42,868 nt of DNA from Candidatus Heimdallarchaeota archaeon (GCA_016839945.1 JAEOTE010000039.1:1-42868); one strand, 5' to 3'. Shown: positions 1-12,599, counted from the stretch's first letter. Program-made: numbers and translations. The notes: generated by a model from the letters alone, not told the origin.

Positions 1-2
1 CT

Positions 3-3049
<3,047 letters not shown>

Positions 3050-3075
3050 TCTAAGATTATATTTGAAGTAGAAAT

Positions 3076-3101
3076 GAGGGAACTATGATTTCCTCTTTTT
3101 T
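3076..3101 (+). terminator. Putative hairpin plus T-tract terminator after rpoA2
   Basis: GAGGGAA (3076-3082), 6-nt loop, TTTCCTC (3089-3095), then TTTTTT. A TATA-like TTTATATA follows at about 3104. Confidence 0.45.
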
Positions 3102-3213
3102 GATTTATATAAAAGTAAGTGAACAGAAAGTTTTTATTAAAAGCAAAAGAGGAAAGACTGATTGATGCTTAAATAGGAGTAACACAAAGATTCCTGAAAA
3201 TAAGTGATTAAAT

Positions 3214-3657
3214 ATGACAGGATCCAAAAGTCCAAAAGGTGAATTCGCTGCCCGAAAACTTCGAAATAAAAGGAAGCATTTTCGATGGAAGGACATTCAC
3301 TACAAAAGAAGAATGTTAAGACTCGATAAAAAAACAGATCCTTTAGAAGGTGCTCCAGCAGCTAGAGGAATTGTGGTAGAAAAATATGGAGTAGAAAGTA
3401 AGCAACCTAATTCTGCAATGCGTAAGTGTGTCAGAGTCAGACTAACAAAGAATGGAAAGCAAGTAGGAGCTTTTGTTCCACACGATGGAGGACTTTTATA
3501 TATAGATGAACACGACGAGGTTGTTGTTTGTAGTATTGGGGGAGCTCAAAAAGGAGCAATGGGAGACATTCCTGGTGTTAAATGGCAAGTAACACATGTT
3601 AATGGAGTTGCTCTTAATCAGATTGTCATAGGTCGAAAAGCTAAACCTCAAAGATAG
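3214..3657 (+). CDS. rps12: 30S ribosomal protein S12 (uS12/S23e)
   Basis: [13 protein letters not shown] and GDIPGVKW motifs of archaeal/eukaryotic uS12. Confidence 0.97.
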   Translation: MTGSKSPKGEFAARKLRNKRKHFRWKDIHYKRRMLRLDKKTDPLEGAPAARGIVVEKYGVESKQPNSAMRKCVRVRLTKNGKQVGAFVPHDGGLLYIDEHDEVVVCSIGGAQKGAMGDIPGVKWQVTHVNGVALNQIVIGRKAKPQR

Positions 3658-3736
3658 TTAGTTTTTCACTATTTCAATTACTCTTTTTAGTAAATGTTTT
3701 AAACAATTAAAACAAGACTATTCAAGGAGATTAAAA

Positions 3737-4150
3737 ATGTCAGAACAAGATATCAACCCCATAAAAGCAGGTCAGCTCAAAGAAGGGCACTATATTTTAC
3801 AAAATAATGATGTTTTTTTGGTTCGAGGAATAGAAAAATCAAAATCAGGAAAACATGGACATACTAAATGTCGAATTAAAATTGAAAATATTTTCACTGG
3901 TGGAAAAACAGAGATTTCTATACCTGGAGATGTGAAACTTCAATCCCCAATTATTGATAAGAGAAATGCTCAGGTTATTTCTATTGGCTCAGACAGTGTT
4001 CAACTAATGGATCTTGAAACCTATGAAACCTTTGAAGCAGCTCTTCCTACTGAAGAGGAATTAAAGAGCAAGATTCAAGAAAACGCTGAGATTGAATATT
4101 GGATTGCCATTGGAAAAAGGAAAATTATGCGTGTTAAAGGATCAGCTTAA
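3737..4150 (+). CDS. eif5a: Translation factor aIF5A/eIF5A
   Basis: Hypusination loop KSGKHGHTK, VQLMDLETYETFE; GGAG Shine-Dalgarno-like sequence upstream. Confidence 0.96.
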   Translation: MSEQDINPIKAGQLKEGHYILQNNDVFLVRGIEKSKSGKHGHTKCRIKIENIFTGGKTEISIPGDVKLQSPIIDKRNAQVISIGSDSVQLMDLETYETFEAALPTEEELKSKIQENAEIEYWIAIGKRKIMRVKGSA

Positions 4151-4252
4151 GCTGCTAATTCTCTATTTTTAATTTTCTTTTATTAAGCATGACGTCAAAT
4201 ATTACTTATTATCTAAAAACAAAATAGCATTAATGTTACTATCATATTGCTA

Positions 4253-4329
4253 GGGCCGGTAGATCAGCCTGGTAGATCGCTTCGTTCGCAATGAAGTAGC
4301 CCCGGGTTCAAGTCCCGGTCGGTCCACCA
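4253..4329 (+). tRNA. tRNA-Ala(CGC), CCA encoded, no intron
   Basis: Acceptor GGGCCGG/TCGGTCC with the G3:U70 Ala identity pair; anticodon arm CTTCG-TTCGCAA-TGAAG; T arm CCGGG-TTCAAGT-CCCGG; ends ACCA. Confidence 0.95.
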
Positions 4330-4479
4330 CTCTATTTTTTTTCTATTTTTTAAAAAATATTTTTTGTGTTATGCGTGAAAAAGCCGTTATTCGCTTTTTT
4401 GTCGTGATTTTAGTTTCTAGCAGAAAGATTAAATAGTTATAATATTAAATAAACAATAAGATAGTTAAGAGGATTCGCA

Positions 4480-5856
4480 ATGAAGAAGGTTCTAAACTAT
4501 GTACGTACGATTCGAGACCCCATCTATGATGAAATAAGAATGACAGAATTGGAAAATAAAATTATTGATACCCCAATATTCCAAAGGCTTAGATGGATAA
4601 GTCAGCTATCTGGTGTTCGACAAGTATATCCTTCAGCAATACATTCGAGATTTACTCACAGTGTTGGTGTCATGCACTTATCTGGTAGATATGCTGAAGA
4701 AGTTTTCAGAAAAGATGATGATGTTGTTGACAAAGTTCAGCTAGCGCGTTTAGCTGGATTGTTACATGATATTGGTCACGGACCATTTAGTCATACTTAT
4801 GATGATGTTGTGTTTAAGCGAGTCTATCCAGATGCACCTCATGGGCATGATGTTCATCGAGATAAAATGGTAAACTCCGAATATTTACGTCCTCTAATAG
4901 AAGAATTCACGGATCCAAAGAAATTGGAAGACATTTGGGAAGGAAAGGAATATATCTTGCACCCTCTTATTCAAGGTGCATTGGGTGCTGATAGATTAGA
5001 TTTCATGTTAAGAGATTCTTTTTTCGCAGGAACACTACATTTTGGGATTATTGCAGTGAACAGAATCATCAATAACACTACAGTAAGGAAGCATTTGAAA
5101 AAAGATGCTGTTCATTATAACTGGAAATGTCTAGATGATATCTATTCCTCCCTAATAGGTAGATTCTTTGAGTATAAAAATGTCTATTTTCACAAAACAG
5201 CTCGAGCTGCAGATATTACAATTCATGAAATGCTCAAAGAAGTTTGTGATCCTCTAAATCTAATCGAGAGAACCAATGATCTCTCAAAATACACCTATCT
5301 TAATGAATATACACTAATAGGTGAGATTTTCTCAAGTAAATCAGAAGAACTTGCGAGAGCTAGGGAGTTAGTTAAAGATCTTTTTGACAGACGATTGTAT
5401 AAATCTGTATGGGAACGAATAATTGATGAATCTACTGCAGAAAATCTTGGCATAACAGTAGGAGATTTATGTAAATTAACAGCACAAGAATCTTTCATTA
5501 AGAAAATAAATCAACATTGTGATGAGAATGATATCACTTTAGAAAATGAGTTAAAAATAGATTCAACATATAAATTATCAACAATTAATGAACAGGAGTT
5601 CCAGGCATCCAATATTTATATTTATGACCCCTATAACCGAATTCGACCTGGTACTAAGTCTTTTACTTTAAATGAAGCTCTTAATACAACAGCTTACATT
5701 ACCACTTTTTCAGGACCTAAAGCATACAGGTCTTTATTCACTCTTGTAAGAGTTTATGCACATCCTAATGAAGCTTCATTAATATCAGATATATGGAATA
5801 AAATTAGACCAAAAGTTGAAGACAAAGAACGAGATGTTTCAGTTACGTCATATTAA
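4480..5856 (+). CDS. HD-domain phosphohydrolase, SAMHD1/YwfO-like dNTP triphosphohydrolase family
   Basis: IRDPIY, FQRLRWISQL, YPSAIHSRFTHSVGV, LLHDIGHGPFSH, DRLDFMLRD, VYFHK. Confidence 0.9.
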   Translation: MKKVLNYVRTIRDPIYDEIRMTELENKIIDTPIFQRLRWISQLSGVRQVYPSAIHSRFTHSVGVMHLSGRYAEEVFRKDDDVVDKVQLARLAGLLHDIGHGPFSHTYDDVVFKRVYPDAPHGHDVHRDKMVNSEYLRPLIEEFTDPKKLEDIWEGKEYILHPLIQGALGADRLDFMLRDSFFAGTLHFGIIAVNRIINNTTVRKHLKKDAVHYNWKCLDDIYSSLIGRFFEYKNVYFHKTARAADITIHEMLKEVCDPLNLIERTNDLSKYTYLNEYTLIGEIFSSKSEELARARELVKDLFDRRLYKSVWERIIDESTAENLGITVGDLCKLTAQESFIKKINQHCDENDITLENELKIDSTYKLSTINEQEFQASNIYIYDPYNRIRPGTKSFTLNEALNTTAYITTFSGPKAYRSLFTLVRVYAHPNEASLISDIWNKIRPKVEDKERDVSVTSY

Positions 5857-5867
5857 CCCCATAATAG

Positions 5868-6272
5868 TTAAATTACAGCTTGTAAGTATATTCTGTTTGC
5901 TTCCTGCAAAACTTGCATACCATTTTCATATTCAGCTAACAATTTGTTCAAATTGATTTCAGCTTTTTCTAAATCTGATTTTGATAATCCAATTAAATTA
6001 GCTTTTACTGAATATAATCCATCATTTGTAAACGAAACAGCTTTAGCCTTACACAATTTTTGTAAGTAACTTGATATTGTCTCTGAAATAACAGAATAAC
6101 CATTGAAGTACCAGTCTATTACCCCAAGCTCTTCATCCTTTGATAGTAAGAGAAAAAGGCTACTATGGATGATTTCCTCGTTTTTTGGTAGAAACTTCCT
6201 GACGACCCCAGCAATGTATGAGTTAATTTTTACTTCTTTTTCCCCCATAGCTAACAAGACATTATACATCAC
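5868..6272 (-). CDS. Hypothetical protein, possibly YwgA/Panacea-like winged helix
   Basis: 134-aa ORF that fills the gap. The segment WYFNGYSVISETISSYLQKLC resembles the F..YGPYSEEL...LEEL pattern; function is inferred. Confidence 0.55.
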   Translation of the reverse strand: MMYNVLLAMGEKEVKINSYIAGVVRKFLPKNEEIIHSSLFLLLSKDEELGVIDWYFNGYSVISETISSYLQKLCKAKAVSFTNDGLYSVKANLIGLSKSDLEKAEINLNKLLAEYENGMQVLQEANRIYLQAVI

Positions 6273-6376
6273 TCAAAAGCTTCTGTAATACGGAAGCTTT
6301 GCTTTGAATTTTTCAAATGAAAAATGAAATAAATTTATAGAAACTTTAATTGTCATTCTGGGCATGTTAAAACGCA

Positions 6377-7801
6377 TCATGCAAGGATTGTATTGTATAT
6401 TTTAGATTTAAGTACCTCTTCGAGTAAAATATCTTGCAGCGTCAGATGAAGAATGTTGTATTCATTTAACACTTTCTTGGAATTCTCTTCTACAACATCA
6501 GCTACAACTATACATATGAACTGATTTCTTAAACCCGCTATAGAACTAAGAGCATCAACAATCTCATTAGCTTGTGATTGTGTTAAAGCATCTTGAAATA
6601 ACTTAATGAAGATGTATGAAGACCCTTTTCTTAGCACTAAATCAAAAGAATCTTCAAATATTACAGTTTCTTTAAATTCAAGATTTTTGAATATTTTACT
6701 CATTCGAACTTTTAGATACTCTGAATCAAAAACAGCGTTCATGGTTCTAGGAACTGGTACAGACATATCGTCTATATTACTTGGAACAACTTCTTTGTTT
6801 CTTATTTCTGTTTCTAATTGTTCTTTGGGGAGGTTATTTGCGCTAATAACCGATTTAGTTTTTAAGGTTTTAGCAGAAGGAAAAGGCTTATACAATGAAA
6901 CCGTGTTTATCTGTTTGACTGTTTGATATTGATTTGGAATTGGTTCCAGTTTCTCTTTTTTCTGGGGAATTAAGTTGGGATCTTCTTTTTTTTCTTTCTT
7001 AAAAACTAATAGTTGATTAATATCAATAATATCAAAAAAGCACCCTTTATGTTTAATCCATGGAACACCAAACCTGAAATTTATCTGATTTCTATTTAGT
7101 TCATGTTTTGATACAACTTTAAGTTTGCAATTTAATTTTGTTGAACTTGAATTTATATAACGTAAGAAATTCTGCTTACTTTTTCTTAAATCATCTGATT
7201 TTTCACTTTCTGCTATGAAAACTAGTCCCCACAAAGGAGTATATCCTTTGTTCTTTTCATAACTTGGTGTGTGTGAAATAATAATAGAAAAGATATTGGC
7301 TTGTACTAAATCTCGTAGAAAGGAAGTAAAATTTCTTTGAAACATATAGTTTTCTGAATTTACTTCTGTGAGAATGCAAGCAAACATGTTAGTTTCTTTA
7401 TTATCCTTGAACTTTAATTTCAAAATATTATCATTTTCCTTCTCAATTTTCTTGATATTGGGTGTAAAGAATTTATCTGGATTTTCTATTTGTTTGAGTC
7501 CATATGTTTCTTCAAGATGTTGTAATGTTTTCTTATTAGATCCTTCGTTCTTATCGTTTGAATAAGTTTGATAAATTATTAGCGTTTGTTTATTTTTTTC
7601 AATTTTAACTGAGAAGGGAATATTTTTTGAACTTAATTCATTAACTAAAACAGATTTTTTCTTGAAACCTTTTGATGGAATATCAAATATATGAATTAAA
7701 AATTTATCATTATTGTTGAAATATTCAATTGCACCATTTTTCTTTTCTTTGAAATTATTGTAGTTATTCATATGAAAATCCATCATCTGTTCATGATTCA
7801 T
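6377..7801 (-). CDS. Hypothetical protein with C-terminal degenerate Mrr-like PD-(D/E)XK fold
   Basis: 474-aa ORF. The C-terminus FDLVLRKGSSYIFIKLF..CIVVAD..SKKVLNEYNILHLTLQDI follows the Mrr catalytic-domain layout. Confidence 0.6.
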   Translation of the reverse strand: MNHEQMMDFHMNNYNNFKEKKNGAIEYFNNNDKFLIHIFDIPSKGFKKKSVLVNELSSKNIPFSVKIEKNKQTLIIYQTYSNDKNEGSNKKTLQHLEETYGLKQIENPDKFFTPNIKKIEKENDNILKLKFKDNKETNMFACILTEVNSENYMFQRNFTSFLRDLVQANIFSIIISHTPSYEKNKGYTPLWGLVFIAESEKSDDLRKSKQNFLRYINSSSTKLNCKLKVVSKHELNRNQINFRFGVPWIKHKGCFFDIIDINQLLVFKKEKKEDPNLIPQKKEKLEPIPNQYQTVKQINTVSLYKPFPSAKTLKTKSVISANNLPKEQLETEIRNKEVVPSNIDDMSVPVPRTMNAVFDSEYLKVRMSKIFKNLEFKETVIFEDSFDLVLRKGSSYIFIKLFQDALTQSQANEIVDALSSIAGLRNQFICIVVADVVEENSKKVLNEYNILHLTLQDILLEEVLKSKIYNTILA

Positions 7802-7921
7802 TCTAATTAACGCAGTTTAAAGCTTCAATGGAATAACTAGATGAAATTATTTAAACACAGAGAATTCCATTCTTATTGTTTTTAATGTTTTTAATGTTTA
7901 AAAGAGAGAATTACCTTAGTT

Positions 7922-9343
7922 TTACGTATCTTCTAAAACACCAAAAAGAGCAGCTATAAGTGAGATTGTATCACCTAAACCTACAAGCATTCTAGGAGAT
8001 TCCACTATAATTGTAGGAATGGCAATTAAATCAAAGTTGGATGTTTTTAACATTCCAGTTGTAGATAATGTGTGTGTTTTAGAAAATACTTCTTCGAAAT
8101 GCTTGGTTAATATTTGAATCTCTCTCTTTCCTGATTCAGATGGACCAATTGCTTCTTCTGGTAAATCATCTAAAGAAAATAAATCTCCCTTTTCCGCTCT
8201 AACTGCAGCAAAAAGTGAAGCTAAAAGAAGAGAATTCTTCCTTTGAATCATTTTTTCATTATTAAGGTTTTTAGATAAAAAAAGATAATATCCTAGGTTA
8301 TGTAGTATGAAGTGTTTATCTTGGAAAACTTCTAACACCTTGAGAAGTCCTTCAAATATATTAATGGAATTCAGATTATCTTTTATCGTGGTATAAATTG
8401 ATGGATGTTGTACTTCTAACAATAATAATAATTCTTGTTCATTCATTCCAATAGAATCAACCAAAGGAAATATTTCCTTTATTATTGTGTTTCTTAACTT
8501 CTTGTTTTTTGTAACTGTAAGCTCTAAATGAATGTTTAATGATGGGTTTAACTCTTTCCAAGTTCTTAAAAGAGTTATTACTGGTTTAAGCATTTTTGAA
8601 TAAGTTAGAGATGGAATTTTTGGTTTAATAAGGTGAAATCCAGAAATAACCGTCAGAGAATAGTTTTGTATTGAAGAATTACTATATTCAATAAATTTTT
8701 TACTAAGCTTCAACTCTGAATTTATTTCATCAAAAGAAGCGATAAATCTGTTTGGTCTCTTACAGTGAATTTTCTTGTTCCCTACTTGATAAATACCTTC
8801 CTTAAACTCAAAAACATAATGAGAGATTGGTTCTATTTTACTTCTATCATATTCTTTTTTTCTATGGTCTGTTGTGTTTTCATTTTCTTCTAGAATCTTG
8901 ATGGATGAATCTAGTAATCTTGTTACTTCATTAGAATAAAAAGGAAGATTTAGAAGAATATTGTTAACTCCAATTTTTGGTAAGAAATTAGCCATTATTC
9001 CTGCTTGTCCCCCAATTTGAGTTTTATGTACACGAAAATGATCTTCAATCCACACACAGATTTCTTCAGAAAATATCAGTGATTCATCTGCTTTACCTGT
9101 CTTAATTGCATTAATTAATGAGCACATCAAATCTTCAATGGAATTAATTTCAGAGGGAGAGGATTTAGTTAAAAAGAGATTAGGGAACTCAAAATTTAAT
9201 AGTATTTCTTCTAATATTTCAGGCGTTATTTCTATTATCTTATCTAAATTTACATTGAATCCTAGTATCACACCTTTTATACGTGAAAGAGAAGTTTGAA
9301 AATGTGTTTTTGCTTCTGTATATTGTTGTTTCCAGTAATTCAT
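7922..9343 (-). CDS. ADP-dependent glucokinase/phosphofructokinase family sugar kinase (glucokinase-type signature)
   Basis: GFNVNLD, IGGQAGIMAN, NRFIASFD, DSIGMNEQEL and catalytic VGLGDTIS. ATG at 9343 preferred over TTG at 9388. Confidence 0.9.
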   Translation of the reverse strand: MNYWKQQYTEAKTHFQTSLSRIKGVILGFNVNLDKIIEITPEILEEILLNFEFPNLFLTKSSPSEINSIEDLMCSLINAIKTGKADESLIFSEEICVWIEDHFRVHKTQIGGQAGIMANFLPKIGVNNILLNLPFYSNEVTRLLDSSIKILEENENTTDHRKKEYDRSKIEPISHYVFEFKEGIYQVGNKKIHCKRPNRFIASFDEINSELKLSKKFIEYSNSSIQNYSLTVISGFHLIKPKIPSLTYSKMLKPVITLLRTWKELNPSLNIHLELTVTKNKKLRNTIIKEIFPLVDSIGMNEQELLLLLEVQHPSIYTTIKDNLNSINIFEGLLKVLEVFQDKHFILHNLGYYLFLSKNLNNEKMIQRKNSLLLASLFAAVRAEKGDLFSLDDLPEEAIGPSESGKREIQILTKHFEEVFSKTHTLSTTGMLKTSNFDLIAIPTIIVESPRMLVGLGDTISLIAALFGVLEDT

Positions 9344-9515
9344 TATCAAACTGAAGTAGACGATATTCTTATATAGACTTTTTTCCAAAAAAAAAAATGA
9401 GAGTGATAAATTGGACTGGAAATAACTTTTTCTGGTTTTTGTCCAAAACTATATAAGATAGGAAACAGTCCAAATATGTGTTCTCTGACATTTACTGATT
9501 TTTATTCAATGAAAG

Positions 9516-10646
9516 GTGATGCAATTGAACAATAATGAAATACAAGATATCGAAAAAAGAACAGACTATACCAAAATACTTGATGAGTTTGGCATATCGC
9601 AAATTGATAAAGAACTCCCCCGAATTGGAACAGAACATCATTTCTTTAGAAGAGGTATAGTTTTTGCTCATAGAGATTTTGATAAAATTCTTAACAGAAT
9701 TGAACAAAACAAAGATTTCGCAATTATCAGTGGTCGAGGACCTTCAAGCGATTTGCATTTTGGTCACCTCATATTATTTGAGTTAATCCGTTATCTACAA
9801 GAAAAATATCAGTGTAAATTCTTTATGCCTTTATCAGACGATGAGAAATATGTTTTCCGTAAAATTGATTCTCTTGAAGGATCCTATGCTTTGTCCTTAG
9901 AAAATGCAATAGATATAATGGCACTTGGATTTGAACCAGAAAACGTTCATGTTTATATTTCAAGTATAACTCCAAGAATCCAGTATTTAGCTTTAACATT
10001 TTCAACTAGCCAAACATACAATGCAATAAAAGCAGCTCTTGGCTTCAATGGAGAAGAAAATGCAGGTACTGTTTTTTATACTTGCATTCAAGCAGCACAC
10101 ATTCTTCACCCTACAACTGATTACAACATGCCGGTTGTTGTTCCTATAGGCCTTGATCAGGACGTATATATGAGGTTAACAAGAGATATTGCGAGAAAGC
10201 GAAAAATAACATCACCTGCTTCTCTTTATATCAAGTATCTTAAAGGGTTAACAGGTGGTCCAATGTCTTCTTCAGCTCCTGAAACTTGTATTTATCTTCG
10301 AGACAACTCGAAAGTAATAAAGAAGAAAATAATGAATGCGTTTACTGGAGGTAGAGCAACTATAAAAGAACAAAGAGAATTAGGTGCGAATCCTGATATT
10401 TGCACTGTTTATGATTGGTTTAAGAAATTCTTTATTAAAGATGATAAAGAATTAGAGGAGATTCTTAATGGTTGTAGAAATGGCGATTTAATATGTGGAC
10501 TAGATTGTAAGCCCAAATTATTAGAAATGGTGCAGAATTATCTAGAAGAACATAAAAAGAGAAGAAATGAAGTGATAAAGAATCTTAGTAAATACTTTGA
10601 TCACGAAATAGATTTATCAATACTAGAAGAGGCTGATTCTACTTGA
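9516..10646 (+). CDS. trpS: Tryptophan--tRNA ligase (archaeal/eukaryotic type)
   Basis: FFRRGIVFAHRDFD, GRGPS..LHFGH (HIGH), DDEKY, GLDQD, AFTGGR; the KMSKS equivalent reads PMSSS. Confidence 0.92.
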   Translation: MMQLNNNEIQDIEKRTDYTKILDEFGISQIDKELPRIGTEHHFFRRGIVFAHRDFDKILNRIEQNKDFAIISGRGPSSDLHFGHLILFELIRYLQEKYQCKFFMPLSDDEKYVFRKIDSLEGSYALSLENAIDIMALGFEPENVHVYISSITPRIQYLALTFSTSQTYNAIKAALGFNGEENAGTVFYTCIQAAHILHPTTDYNMPVVVPIGLDQDVYMRLTRDIARKRKITSPASLYIKYLKGLTGGPMSSSAPETCIYLRDNSKVIKKKIMNAFTGGRATIKEQRELGANPDICTVYDWFKKFFIKDDKELEEILNGCRNGDLICGLDCKPKLLEMVQNYLEEHKKRRNEVIKNLSKYFDHEIDLSILEEADST

Positions 10647-11755
10647 GTAAATTGAGGTATTCAGGAAATCCTTTTAGAAGGATAAAATATATCCCTCCTA
10701 CTAAAGAGATTCTTGAAAATGCTTTCCAGAAAGCAAAAAAACCTAGAAGTAGAAAAAAGAGGAAACGACTATCTAGAGAAGAAAAAATAGCTATTGATGA
10801 AGGCGATAAGATATCTACAATTGCACAAGAGATAATTGATAAATTTTCCAATATTGTTAACCAATTTCCTTGGATTTATGATATTCATCCATTTTACATT
10901 GAAATTTGTGATTTAATTGGAAGTGTAGACAAAATTAAAAGAATCCTAGGCAGAGTGGATGGAATTGCCAACCAAATAAGAGAGATTGAGAGAGAACAAA
11001 TTGCAAAGCTTCATCAAACAGATCACCCTCTAGATATGGCTCAAATTAGAAGAGAAGCTTCAGGTAGATTCTCCTCATTAGTTAGAAAAGCAGGTGGAGA
11101 CATTAAATATCTAATAAGAACTGTAAAGAAGTTGAAAACCATTCCAGATTTTGACATATATTCCCCAACAATCGTTGTTGCTGGAGCCCCTAATGTTGGT
11201 AAATCATCTCTTGTTAAAGAAATATCATCTGGTTCTCCTGAAGTTGGTGAGTATCCTTTTACTACCAAGGAAATTATTTTTGGTCATAGAGATTTTAGAT
11301 TTATTAAGGTTCAAATTGTTGATACACCTGGATTATTAGACAGACCATTCAAAGAAAGAAATTTAATAGAAAGACAAAGCATAGCCTCAATCAAATATAT
11401 TGCAGATTTGATAGTTTTTATGTTTGATATGTCTAGTGACACAACAATTACGCTTGATGAACAAATTCATTTATTAGAGGACATACGAAAAGAATTTCTT
11501 AATGCACCCACCATAAAGGTTCTAAACAAGATAGATATCCTGAGCGAAAAAGATAGAGTAAACGCACAAAAATTGTTTGAAGAACATTTTCAGATATCTC
11601 TCAAAGACAAGAAAGGGTTGGAACAACTGATTATTGAATTAGAGAAAAACATTAATCAGATTATAAAAGAAGAGGAGAAATTTAGAGAATTTTTCAATTT
11701 GACAATTGCAGATGAGTTTATATCAAAAGAAGAAGAGATAAATTATGATATTTAG
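10643..11755 (+). CDS. NOG1-family GTPase (ribosome biogenesis)
   Basis: IHPFY, GAPNVGKSS, YPFTTK, DTPGLLDRP..RNLIE, NKID; overlaps the trpS stop by 4 nt. Confidence 0.93.
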   Translation: MSKLRYSGNPFRRIKYIPPTKEILENAFQKAKKPRSRKKRKRLSREEKIAIDEGDKISTIAQEIIDKFSNIVNQFPWIYDIHPFYIEICDLIGSVDKIKRILGRVDGIANQIREIEREQIAKLHQTDHPLDMAQIRREASGRFSSLVRKAGGDIKYLIRTVKKLKTIPDFDIYSPTIVVAGAPNVGKSSLVKEISSGSPEVGEYPFTTKEIIFGHRDFRFIKVQIVDTPGLLDRPFKERNLIERQSIASIKYIADLIVFMFDMSSDTTITLDEQIHLLEDIRKEFLNAPTIKVLNKIDILSEKDRVNAQKLFEEHFQISLKDKKGLEQLIIELEKNINQIIKEEEKFREFFNLTIADEFISKEEEINYDI

Positions 11756-11780
11756 TTAAAAAAGAATGCTTTTTGTAGTT

Positions 11781-12524
11781 CTAAACAAACATTCCTTTAT
11801 CAGCATCATCTTTATCCTTGTGTCTTGTTTTACTTGCTTGTATCAAAGATTCAATGTCTTTCTCTATGCGTTCTGCTTCTTCCAAGAGCTCTTGAATATT
11901 AACATTTAATCCCAGAATTTGGTTTATTTTTTCTATAGCTACACTAGCTGCAATTGGATCTGGTCTTGATCTTTCAGCATAAGGTAATAATGATACTGCA
12001 GGAAAATCATTTAATTCATAGAACATCAGCATGTAAGCTAATGGTCCAGTAACGTATAAACCTTCATCTAGAATAGGAATATCAAAATCAGGATTTTGAT
12101 CAATAAATGCTTTTGTATAGATTGATTTCATTTTATTTTCATCTTTCAGTCTTCTATCTAATCCACCAACTAATACAGCTTTTTCGAATTTTTCTTCGAT
12201 TGACCAATCAACAATATTTTTTGTAAACAATAAATGTTCCGACTTTATTGGTTCAAAAATAGGTATAATAACTACAATTTTATCCTTCTTATATATTTCA
12301 AAAGGGAATGTTATTTTTTCATTTTTTATAGTAATGAATTGTGGAATATTTTCAGTTATAATAAAACCAATTTTTTCAAATTTTAGACTATCTACTATAT
12401 GACTCATGGAAATAAAGCCACATTCACCGATTCCATGCCAACCGTTTAATAGTGTGCATCCTTCAAAATTTTGAGGTTCATTAAATATGAATTCGACATC
12501 CCCATAGGTTTTTTTTATTTTCAT
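11781..12524 (-). CDS. PAC2-family proteasome assembly chaperone
   Basis: GWHGIGECGFI, LVGG, GPLAYML, RPDPIAA, C-terminal HbX-like GMFV. Confidence 0.85.
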   Translation of the reverse strand: MKIKKTYGDVEFIFNEPQNFEGCTLLNGWHGIGECGFISMSHIVDSLKFEKIGFIITENIPQFITIKNEKITFPFEIYKKDKIVVIIPIFEPIKSEHLLFTKNIVDWSIEEKFEKAVLVGGLDRRLKDENKMKSIYTKAFIDQNPDFDIPILDEGLYVTGPLAYMLMFYELNDFPAVSLLPYAERSRPDPIAASVAIEKINQILGLNVNIQELLEEAERIEKDIESLIQASKTRHKDKDDADKGMFV

Positions 12525-12599
12525 TTTAATCTCCTTAAGTCACTTTTTGATTCAAGGTTTTTAATGACTAGGTTTTTAGGAAAAAACAAATATGGCAAG

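Noticed and set aside
4378-4399. AAAAAGC..GCTTTTT hairpin after tRNA-Ala as an ncRNA
   Set aside because: Short AT-rich stem, at most a terminator; not enough evidence for an RNA gene.
9411-9425. TTGGACTGGAAAT as an ORB element
   Set aside because: Only the TGGAAAT half matches; no TCCA arm or G-string, single copy, 10 kb from cdc6.
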